From contig OX597832.1 in NCBI GenBank assembly GCA_951406725.2, forward strand, positions 2,480,001 through 2,544,000: DNA of 64,000 nt. The letters run 5' to 3'. How positions within the stretch are numbered: the first letter of the stretch is position 1; the number at the start of each line of letters is the position of its first letter. Under the pieces are notes generated by a model. The model worked only from the letters and a program-made list of their open reading frames with translations, did no database searches and was not told the DNA's origin. Origin of the DNA: Octopus vulgaris (taxonomy: Eukaryota). Positions 13,901 through 25,900 of this stretch are shown piece after piece. Both the position numbers and the translations under genes were made by a program.

Positions 13901-16900
13901 CAGTAGCGGGGGCGGATGTGCTGAAAGTGTAACTGCTAGAGTAAGAATAGCTTGGGCAAAGTTCAGAGAGTTCTTACCTCTGCTGGTGACAAAAGGCCTC
14001 TCGCCCAGAGTAAAAGGCAGACTGCATGATGTATGTACGAATAACCATGCTACAATGGCAGTGAAACATGGACCGTGACTGCTGAGGATATGCGTAAGCT
14101 CGCAAGAAATGAAGCCAGTATGCTGCGATGGATGTGTAATGTCAGTGTTCATACTCGACAGAGTGTAAGTACCTTGAGAGAAAAGTTGGACATAAGAAGC
14201 ATCAGTTGTGTGCAAGAGAGACGTTTGCGCTGGTATGGGCATGTGGCGAGAATGGATGAAAATAGGTGTGTGAAAAAGTGCCACACCCTAGCGGTTGAGG
14301 GAACCTGTGGAAGAGGTAGACCCAGGAAAACCTGGGACGAGGTGGTGAAGCACGACCTTCGAACTTTAGGTCTCACCGAGGGGATGACTAGAGACCGAGA
14401 CCTTTGGAAGTATGCTGTGCGTGAGAAGACCTGGCAGGACAAGTGAGACCATAACCCATGGCCTCTACCTGGGATGTAGGCAGTCCACTTATGCATACCT
14501 TTCCTTCTTGGAACACAAAACTCTACTTTTGAAGACCTGTTGAGGCAAGTGAAAATCCAAAATTGAAATCGATCAACATCAATGGAAATTGCACCTGTGA
14601 TACCAGTGCCAGTGGTACGTAAGAGAACCATCCAAACGTGGCCGTTGCCAGCGCTGACCCGACTGGCCTCTTGTCGGTGGCACGTAAAAAGCACCATCCG
14701 ATCATGGCCGTTGCCAGCTTCTCCTGGCCCCCGTGCTGGTGGCACGTAAAAAGCACCTAGCTGTGTGGTAAGACTCTTGCTTCCCAACCACATGGTTCCA
14801 AGTTCACTCCCATTGCATGGCACTCTGGGCATTGTCTTCTATTGCACCCCCGGGCTGACCAAAACCCTTTGAGTGGATTTGGTTGACAGAAGCTAAAAGA
14901 AGCCCACTGCGCCTGCACGCACGTATGTGTTTGTTTGTACCCCTACCACCTCTTGACAAGTAGTGTTAGTGTGTTTATGCCCCCGTAATTTAGCCATTCA
15001 ATAGAATAAGTACAAGCCTTACCAAAATAGGTACTGGGGTCAATTCATTAAATTAAAAATTTAAGGCGTTGCCCCAGCAAGTAAAAGGTACAGGTGAGTG
15101 GATGAAAGAAAGCAACACTCAACAATTGGTTAACTGAACCCGACGAGCTAGGTTTCTTTAAGTTTCAGGGGCTCAAATCAAACTGCTTTTACCAGTTCAT
15201 ATATGCTTGAGGCTGTTCATTGCATCTTGTCATGGAGAAAAATTATCCCTGTAAACAAAAAGGTATAAACACACTAAGTCAGTTCCAAGTGTCCTCCACC
15301 TAGATTCATGGATGCATGCATTTCAAAGTAGTTACTTTCTCATAACAGTAGTAGAAATATTATGCATTTCACCTTATCAGTATCCTCCAATAAATACCAT
15401 TGATGAAGCTCCAAATATGTACAGTTTTCCCTGTTATGCAAATAATAACCAACCTTGCCTATCAAAATAGCTGACAAAACCCACTTTGGATGTGTGTTGC
15501 ACTTTGCTGTCCCCACTTTTTTGATATATTGTTAGAGAAATTTATGTGCATGATGTTACTTTTAAAGAATTTTGTTTTTTTTTTAAAAAATGTTTCTCAT
15601 TTAAAAAGAAAATGCAAAAAGCTGATATAAATTATCACTGTGCTGTAAATTGAATTAACCACATTTAATGTGTTAAATTTCATTTTTCTTACATTCTATG
15701 ACTAAATTCTTATTCTGCAGTCACTATGATAAAAATATGTTTTATATTATACTGAAATTCCATATATGTTTTATCTAGGAAAGGCTATTCGTCACCGAGT
15801 TTGTGCCCTGAAAGATATGGCGTATGCTGTGGTGAATTCTGAACTTAATCCAGAATTTGCTAAAATGTGCCGTGATATTGTTAACTCCAGAAAGAGAAGA
15901 GGCAAGTATTTTCTAATTATTTATCTATGAGCAGAATGTAAGTGCTTGACTATAAAGTAGTGATGCAGTTTCAATTCTCATTTGAAGCCTAGTTGACACT
16001 TCTACTTCATTTAAATAAAACTGAATCTCATGATATCCATTTTCCATTCTTTTATAAATATGTATAGAACCTTTCTGCCAAAGTTATACAAATATTAAAC
16101 CAAAGAATGTTTCATTTGAATAGCAGCTGATATGTTAATGTTCTTGTTTACCCCTTCATTACTGTATTTCTATTTCAATTAAATTAATGACAAATTTTGA
16201 CTGGTTTCATAAAACAATTAAAACTTTTCTTTAGTAATGTATTTAAGTGGTGTTTGGAATGCAACAGAAGTTTCTTACATGAACAGAATTTTTGTCTCAA
16301 AACCACTCAGATTATTGGTAAAATCAGTGAAATGTAGAAAACTTTAGAGTGTATAAAGTGTACAAGTTAATGTATATCTAAAATAGCCCATGCTACTGAC
16401 TACAATTTATCAAAATGTTTGAAGAAAATTAAGAAATGAATTTCTCTCTCTTACACACATAGGAATTCACTAATATTAGGTCATCCCATAAATAATGTGG
16501 TTTTTTATACTTTGTTTATTTTTGAAAATTAAGATAGACAAAGTTCTTTTTCAATCTAAAATATTCTCTCTTTCATTTTCTACAATGCTCTTCCATCTAT
16601 CTGGTAGACTTGCAAGGCCCCTCTTCCAAAATTCACTTGTCCATGACGAAATATATTTCTCCAGTACTGTTCTGACCTTGTCTACAGAATTCATATTTTC
16701 TCTGTCCAAAGGATTTTAAAGATTGCGGAATAAATGATAATCAGATGAGGTAATGTCTGGAGAATATGGTGGGTGGGGCTTCATTTGCCATTCACATTGC
16801 TTCTGCCTTTAGAATGTCATCCTTGCTGTATGTGACTGAGTATTATCCTGATGGAAAAACACTTTTCGTCTTGAAACCAAAGATGGTCGTTTTTCTTCTA

Positions 16901-19900
16901 GCACTGACTTAAGCCGCTTGAGCTGCTCACAGTAGATCTCCTTTGTTACCATTTGGTTTGGGTTTAAAAGTTCAAAGCGGACTAAAGCTTTCATATGCCA
17001 CCAAACAGATAACAAAACATTACATAGGTGAAGACCTTCTTTAGCCTGGGATGTCGGTGTTTCTCCTTTCCTTACCCACCGTCTTTGGTGCTTAACATTT
17101 TTATAGAGAACCCATTTCTCACCACCACTCACTATTTAGTCCAAAAAAGTTCATTCGTGAGATGTGACAGCAAAGAAGAGCACACATTCACTTTCTGAAT
17201 GTGATTAAACTTGGAAAGTTTGTGAGGAACCATTGACCCAATTTCCTGACATTTCCGATGGATGATTGAATGACCAAATTCAAGCTTCTCTGCTAATTCC
17301 TCAACAGTTACAATGGGATTTTGTTCCACCAGGGTTTGCAGGACATCCTTGTTGAGCTCTACAGATCTTCCAGGATGAGGCTCGTCTTCTAGGCTGTAGT
17401 TTCTGGCTCAGAATTTCTGGAACCACCATTGACACTGTCTTACTCTTATTGTCCAATACCTATATACTGCATTAATATTCCTTGCACTTTCTGTTGCGTT
17501 GTTGCCTTTATTGAACTCATAAAGCATAATATGCTCCTTTGTCACTTCCATTATAGCTTAAAACTGTTAAAATCGAATGCACTCTTCAAAACTTGCACTA
17601 AGAATAAGGACATGGTAAAATTACTACTTGCTTTTACAGCAAGTTGATGCAGGTAGTTTATCTCCCCCCCCTCCAAATTTTAGTTCATGCAAGTGAAAAA
17701 AATGCATTATCTATGGGTTAACTCAATATGATTATGCAGAATTCATCATTAAACTGATAGGTAAATTCAAATTACAGATAGTTTCTAATTTGAAATAGTA
17801 TATTTTAATATTAAGTGTATAAAATTAGATTATATGGCATCCTAATGCCCATTATTATATTCATATTATTGTTAGCTTAGATTCTACCTGCTACAGTCAA
17901 ATCCACTCAATTTACCAGGTGAAGAGGGTGTGTGGGACCCAGCAAGATTAAAAATATTGTGTTGAGTTAAAAGTTTTGCAATATTTTGGTAACTTGCTTT
18001 ATTTGTCAAGTTACAAAAGCAGCCTAGCATTCATTGTAAAGGCCATCATGTTGCACTGTCTGAAGATACTTTTCTGCCAGTTCTTTGATACCACACTGAT
18101 ACCAGTTCTTGTCTTTCAAGGTAAAGCACTCCTTCACTGAAGCTTCCAGCTCTTCTTGGTTGAAGAAGCATTGTGAGAGCAGGAAGTGTGGTCATGGATT
18201 GGAACAATAATCTGAGTGAGATATTTTTCTGCAATCCTAACATGCATAAGTAGTGGTTAAATAAGAACCAGCTTCCAGAACTTGTTACTAAATACAGATG
18301 TTTTGAACACAAGATAATGCTTTGTGTCTGGTAGAATTATGAGGAGATAATTCACTGTGTGTTTATTATCATCATTGTTTTAATGTCTGCTTTCCAAGCT
18401 CACATGGGTTTGGTTGGGGACAGGCAAGCCTGGGTGCTGCACCAGGCTCCAGTCTGATCTGGCATGGTTTCTACAGCTGGATGCCTTTCCTAACACCAAC
18501 CACTCCATGAGTGTAGTGGGTGCTTTTTTTTCCCTCTGGCATGTGATGGAATCTGTTTTCCGTATATCTTTGGTATTTATTGCATCTATACATCTGCTAC
18601 ACCGAAAAACTATTTTCCCAGTTAACCTTCCTTTGATATTGCTGCACCTCTTATGTGTCCATAGCTTACATCTTATGGAGTTTATACCTATGCCTTTTCT
18701 ACAAATTGAGCAGAGCCTTCTGCCTGAAATGATTTTCTAATTACTAAGACTTTCATTTTTGCTAGATTGACTTGAAGGCCCTTCGATTCTAGACCTTGCT
18801 TCCACACCTGAAACTTCTTCTCTAGTTCTGGTAGTGACTCAGCTATTAGCAAAGTCATCAGCATAGAGGAACTCTCAAGGGCAGCTTGTCTTGAATTCCT
18901 CTGTTATTGCTTGGAGGGTTAAACCATCAATACCAACTTGTTGGAGTGGAGTATACCATTGTACTGCAAAAATACCCAGCATTGCTTAACACAAAGTTAG
19001 CTCTTCTGCAGCAAGACGATGCAGGACTTCATACCACTCTAATTACCTAGAATAAACTCCAGGAACTTGAAATGAAACTGATGCCACACTCAGCATATAG
19101 TCTGAACCTAGCTCCCTTGGATTATCATTTGTTACAATCCATGGCTCACTTCCTGTGTTCACAACACTTCTTCAACCAAGAGGAGATGGAAGCTTCAGTG
19201 AAGGAGTTCTTTGGTTCGAATGGCAAGAACTGGTATCTGTGGATCAAAGAACTTGCAGATGGTGCAACACGATGGCCTCTACTTTGGATGTTTAATTGCT
19301 TTTGTTGCAACTTGATGATTAAAGCAAACAAGGTAGCAAAATTTTGCAAAACTTTTGACTCAACACAATAGAGCCTATCAAAGAATAACAGTGTCTCAGA
19401 AGACACAACAGCCAACAATACGTGGAGAGAAAATAGACACTACCAGTTGCTTGCCTATTAAAATATAACATAACATGGCAATACTATATTACATTTCTTG
19501 CTGTGCCACTCAAGCTACTATTGCTATGGATTTTGTTTGATATTTATGGCAAAAAATGCTCAAATTTTCCCTTATTGGTCCTCCTTTTGTTTATATTTTG
19601 TGTAGTGGTTAATTTCCAGTTGTTATACCAGTGAGTTCATCCATGCATGTTTGTACATCAGGTGGCAATTCCCAGTGTTCTCAATTAGTTGTGTGTTCTA
19701 TATTTTCCCAGTGCGAACAGTCTTCAAGTTCTCTTTAAATATTCAATACCACATGGTCCTGTAGTCTTCCCCATCTTTTCCTTTCTCTTGTTCATGCCTG
19801 TCTCACTACTTTTATAGCATATTGATGATCTGGTTGTTGCAAGATGTTGCCAAGCAGTTGCCGTCTTTGTCTTATGTCATTATTTCTTGGTGGGGTTTTG

Positions 19901-22900
19901 CAATGAAGTTCTTCATAAGACTTCTTGGTTTCTGATATAATCATAGTATGAAATTTTCCAGACTTTTCTCAAGCATCTTTGGTGAAAAGCATCTAACATT
20001 TTGGTGATTTTTCAGTTTTCTTTTACCTTTCACTCATAGCGTCATTGGTAGTATAATGATATTGTACAGTGTGTTCATGGAACAGATTTTGGATTTTCAA
20101 TTTTGCATTTGGTATTAGTTGTAGCATTTTCATGGTAACACAGGACATTGCCAAGGTTCACAAATTGGCTTGTGTCTTTGACAACCTGTTCTTCAACCAT
20201 CAGGGTGGGTGTTTCATTGATCCTTGACTGACCTCCATTGACTTCATTATTTCTTCATTCATTCTCAGTCTGATTTTCCTTGGCACTGAATTATTTCCTG
20301 TAAACTCTCACTTGATGATCTTGCATTATTGATGGAATCCAAAATTTGCATTGACCCGCCAGTGCTTATCTTTGCTCTTGATACCATATTTATTGTTATC
20401 AATGGCCTTTTTATTGATGAAATTTATGGTTAGAAATAAAAATAGCAACAATATGCAACCTAATATGTGAACACTTGTGGTGATGTTAATGTATATTGTG
20501 TTATCATTTTCCATCTTCACATAGCATCTTAAGATAAATGTTTCTAAAGATTGAGCTGTAGTTTTCTGAAACCTGTGGAGTTTTGTGATGTTCAGAAAAT
20601 ACACCCGATGAATGTTAATTGTAGAACACTTAACTCTGTATAAAGGAAAGTAAATTGTCCTGTAGTCCTCCCCATCTTTTCCTTTCTCTTGTTCATGCCT
20701 GTCTCTCTACTTTTATAGCATATTGATGATCTGGTTATTGCAAGATGTTACCAAACAGTTACATTCTTCATCTTATGTCATTATTCCTTGGAAGGGTTTT
20801 GCAATGAACCATCATGAATCATTTGAAAGAGGAAATATATTAGTTTTCAGTTCATTCTGTTTCTGGAATCAATTCAGCATCGCTATTATCAACTATGAAA
20901 ATTGAAGTATTCATCTCAAAGTCCAGCACATGCTATGCTTTTTTTTTTTTTTTTTTCTTTTTGTTGCAGCCATTTCTTCTTGGAAAATCATTCATATTCA
21001 AAGTCATTATTACTCAAGGCTTATAAATAAGAGAGAAAAAGAAAGACCAAACTGATTTCAAGAACATCAAATTCATATCATAGCAATGTGTTTGTGAAAT
21101 TTTATCACTATGGTAGTAATATGATTTATGTCAATAATTTGATTTAAATACAAATTGTTAGGTCTAGTGGTGCTGGGTGGTTTTGGTAATGAATGGGTTC
21201 AAAAAGTAAACTGACTTTTCAAGTTTTTGCATTGTTTTCTTTGTCAGCATCAATGGTCCCTTCTCTAGTTGCAAATTTCTTCTGACAGCTTGACTTTTTT
21301 CTTTTTCTTATCAGAGACTAAAATGGGGATCATTGTTATCTCTCAACACATTGTTTTTTGTAGTATTTTATATTCTTTCATTGGGTTTCATTACTAATGT
21401 TTTTTTTTCTGTCAGTTGGTCTGGTTATTTAGTTTAGATATTGGCATCCTAAAACTAAGATACTCTAAATATCAGAAACAAATAAACAATGTTATATTTT
21501 TAAAGCTAACTAGTTGAGTGCCTAAAGCTTGTCAACAACCTTTCTGAAGAATGATAGGAATATTAGATGTCTATTATAAAGGATGAGCATTTTCAGTATT
21601 TGGTTTTAGTTTTGATATTAACTTAGAAAAATTATACAAGAACAAATTTAGAATAACATATATATAAATGTGAATTTAATCTGTGATCTACAACACATAT
21701 ATGATGGGTACAGTAAAGTTCCTGGCTTTGGGTAAAAAAACCCAGGAGGATCAGTTAATTATGATTTTATTCAACATATTCCCCTGTCAGATTCACACAC
21801 AGTCCTTAAGCTTTTCTAAGCCCTATAAAAGAACTCAGAAGGTTTGGCCTCCAGCCTAGCCTTTTGCAATACCCTTAAAGCTAGGAACTTTGCAGCACCC
21901 ACTTGTAAATGATTTCAGGGACTTATATTGAACTGTCAATTAAATTGCAATGAATCATTAACCCATAAAATTTGTAATTTCAGTTGCAAGTGATGTCAAA
22001 GATGATTTTGTTAGACCCTTCTTTCTATTCTGTTATAGAAATATTGGTAAAAGAAATAATCAAATTGTGGATATTACTATATAATTCCCATTGAAATGGT
22101 TTTGATAATTATCAAACTCATTTTATGAACAAGATTATAATTTAGTGCATGAAATGAACTTGACAGTGGAATGTGACCATTAGACAAAATAAGATATATT
22201 TAAAATTGAAATTTGTCTACACACATACATACACACACATTATGAATACATTGTGTTTTTTTTTTTCTTATTCATTTAGGTGAAGTTAATAAGGCTACTA
22301 ATATTTTCTCACTTCAACCTGAACGACCAGATACTCCTCCTGTAACTCAGCCAGTTGCTACTTCCTCTAACACAAATAGCCAGGTAAATGCTCTCCCTTC
22401 AGATTACCCTACGAGATTTAGTCGGAGGGTAAGAGGAATGGATGCAGAATCTCAGGCACCCCTTGAAGTTGTGGAGAAAATATTTTGTCAATCAAAATCC
22501 CCATCAAAATCGAAGTCATACCGATCAAATTCCTCCTCTAAATCTCAGGTTACCTCAACCGAGGCAGAAAGTGTAGAATGTTTCTCTGAGGATCAGCTTC
22601 AAAATTCTGACCAATCTTCACCTGTAAATAAATCAAAACCAGGGCGCAAGTTACGCTTAAGAAGAAGGCGTTCATCTGCTAGCAGCCGACATGTCAAAAA
22701 TGGACACTCTGGAGATGATGAAGTTTCTGGTTCAGAAGAAGAACAGTGTACAAAAAGTAGGAGTCATTCAAGTGAATTGAATAATGAAACCCCATCCACT
22801 TCAAAAAACCATACAAATTCAGAAATGACTACCTCTGGATCTGCAACCGTTTCATCATCTTCCACCATGCAAAATTACCCATACCGAACACAGGGACACG

Positions 22901-25900
22901 ATCAAGCTCCTGGGAGGGCCGAACAGCAACAATCCAGTGCTATCACTGCCAATACTACTACAACTAATAATAGCGCTGCCAATGGTTCCAACACTTCTTT
23001 ATTGTCATCATCGTCATCATCATCATCATCGTCATCAGCTAGTACTTCTAATGTGACATCCTCAGTTTTGCTGTCATCTACTGTAACCTCCACTAGTGTG
23101 CCTACCTCACACACCACTGCCAATACAACGAGGAATGGTCTTGATAGTGGAATTGGGAGTGCAATAGAGAGCAATGGAGAATCCTTGGATAGTCTGGATC
23201 AAGCCAAAACTGATAATGTAAGTTGTGGAATTTCTTAAATTTTTAAGTATATTTATTGGCATATTAAGATAGTGTTTTCTCTTATAAGCCAGTAAATAGT
23301 TGTTTTATTAATTGTAATTAAACAGGTCCTTGTTCTGAATAGGTTGGGTATTTGAAAATATTCTCTTACTTAAAGATTATTATGTGTGTTATTAATAGTT
23401 ATATTATACATTTATTTGTTTGTGTATATAATATGCATGTGTGAATGTGTGTATATGTGTGTCATGTTTTACACAAATATTTACATCCATAAAACATGCT
23501 TATTTCTTCTCAAATGAAAATCCCTTTTTAAATATTCTTCTCTAATGTGAATTTATTTATATATTTTGTGTGTATGTGCATATGCACAAAAATGAAGTTT
23601 TCCTAAATCAAAATTACTGGTGATATGGATACAAGCTGAGGTAGATAAAAGATGACTAGTTTTAGTTATTTTATTTGCATTATACAGTTGCCCTTTAATG
23701 TCTTTAATTTACACCACCTCCCCTCATGTATTTGTTTTTATCAAAACCATGTTTATTAAATTTAATCATCATTAGAAATAATTGTAATAAATCCTGTATA
23801 GTAAAATAAAAGCAACAAAACAATTTGTAGTTACTGTAAATTATTTTTTTTTCTTTTTGTAGAGAAAAATTTATCAGGAACCAATTGAACAGTTGTAGCT
23901 TTTTCTCCTCTCTGCATACATTTTGTGATAGCAAGCAATTTGATTATTTTTAACCTTCTGAAAGTTCACAGTAGTATATGAACACTCATTCAGATCCATA
24001 TGCATTAATTCTTGTTTTATTGACTCTTTGTCCTGAAAAATTCATCAAGTACTTTAACTGAGGCATTCCTTTCCTTCATTTGCTTCCTATACCTATTGGT
24101 TCAATGAGATCATTTTCATGTAAGTCTTTTGAATATTACTAAATTATGAAGATTTCAAGGCCAAAGTCTTCTCTGATGGTAGCAATATGATCAATAATTT
24201 CATTTACTGGATTTTTTGTAATCATTTGTTCATTCATACAAGAGATGCTATTAGACTGCTCACCTATAACCGGCTCTTATCTTCCTACGACTCTTAATTA
24301 TTTTCAAATGCTTGTAAATTTTTCCCAAAGTTCTAGGAGAGTAATAAGTGTCTTCTATTAGTTGTAATTTTAATTATATGAGAAAGTTCTTAGGGTATAA
24401 TAGGTATTGAATACAGTTGTTCTTTCGGGCATAGGCTATAACAGCAATGTTGTATATGGTGGTAAAAATACAACCTACACATGAGTACAAAATGTTTATG
24501 CCTTAAACATTATAGTACAAAATATGAGTTAGGATGGCTAGGAATATTATCAATAATCTAAAGAATTTAGAATTTTAAACTATTTTTCTTGCAAAACTTC
24601 CAGACAGAAATGTAGCGTGCCTTTTTTATGTGATTGCCAAATGACATGGAAGAAATTTGCTTCTTGTTTCCTTTTAAAGCACTTGAGTTTATCATTTGGA
24701 AATAAGCATTGCTATTTTAATTTTATGTTCCTCTCTGCAAGTTACCATACATTTTACTGGAAAATATTTTTCATTGTATTTTTGAGAAAGTATCAGTTTC
24801 ATCTGTGTTGAAGATTCAACAGTCATCATAATTATTTTCTTTAATTTAGCAGAATATTTAGCTGCAGTATCTTCATCTGTATTTAATGATTTTCCAGTTG
24901 TTTCTCCACTTCAAATTTTGAAATCTTTTAACCAGCCTTTGTTAGCATAAAATATCACAATCATGCTTTAATATTTGTTTTCTTTCAATCAAGAAAAAAG
25001 GCTGAGCTTTGAGTCAACTAGCATTAGCTTCTAGTTGTAATCTTCCAACCAAAGAATTGATATATCCTTTGTCTCCACTATTATAGATCTTTGATTATTA
25101 ATCCTGGCAGTTTTTAATTTTCTCTCAAGTAGTTTTTTAATAATTGGTTCATTAGCTCCTTTCTGGATCTTAGTTTTGCTTTTGTCAAGGTAAAACCTTT
25201 GAATAATATTAATATCTAAAGTAATAACATTTTCTTCTGTTTCTGTTACTTTCTACAATAATATAACTTTTCTTGTATTTATAGTTAAATATGTTTAATT
25301 TCAAAAGGCTTAAATTTGTAAAACAAATTTGTTAACACTGAATAGTAGGCTTCATCCATTGCCTGGTTTAATATCTTTCTCTCCATTGAATACCCTTAGC
25401 AGTGTCTACTCTGTTGCAAGTGTTATGTACTTTCGTTTAGTTGAATTTAGACCTTGACCCATAACAGAATCAATAAGAGTATTATTTCTAACAAATGGCT
25501 TCTCTTCATGATTTCAAAATCGTGGAAATACACTTATTTTCTTTGCTTTTCTACTCATCATAATCTATATAATAATTTGCTTGTTCATTCACCTGTTATA
25601 CTTTAGTTAGTTACAGAGGTGGAATGAGTAAAAAGTGGAATAAAAGTGAGAGAGAAGTAGAGAAAGATGTATAATAAGGCCAAGTGTGGTTAGTTGAATG
25701 GAGGGGCAAATAGCAAGAGAAAAGAGGGGGAGGAGAAGTGTTCATGATGTGCTATAGGGTGGGGAGGGAAAGGTGGAGAGAAAGAGATATGTTTCAAATA
25801 CAATATTTAGCAGAGGATGATGTTCTGGGTGGTGAGGTTAAAGAAAGGCAGGTGGAGAGAGATGGACAGGGGAGGCAGTTACATTGAGGGGAAGTGGGGG

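Noticed and set aside
22902-23174. Minus-strand 90-aa ORF with poly-Asp
   Set aside because: Antisense shadow of the poly-Ser ATAD2 exon
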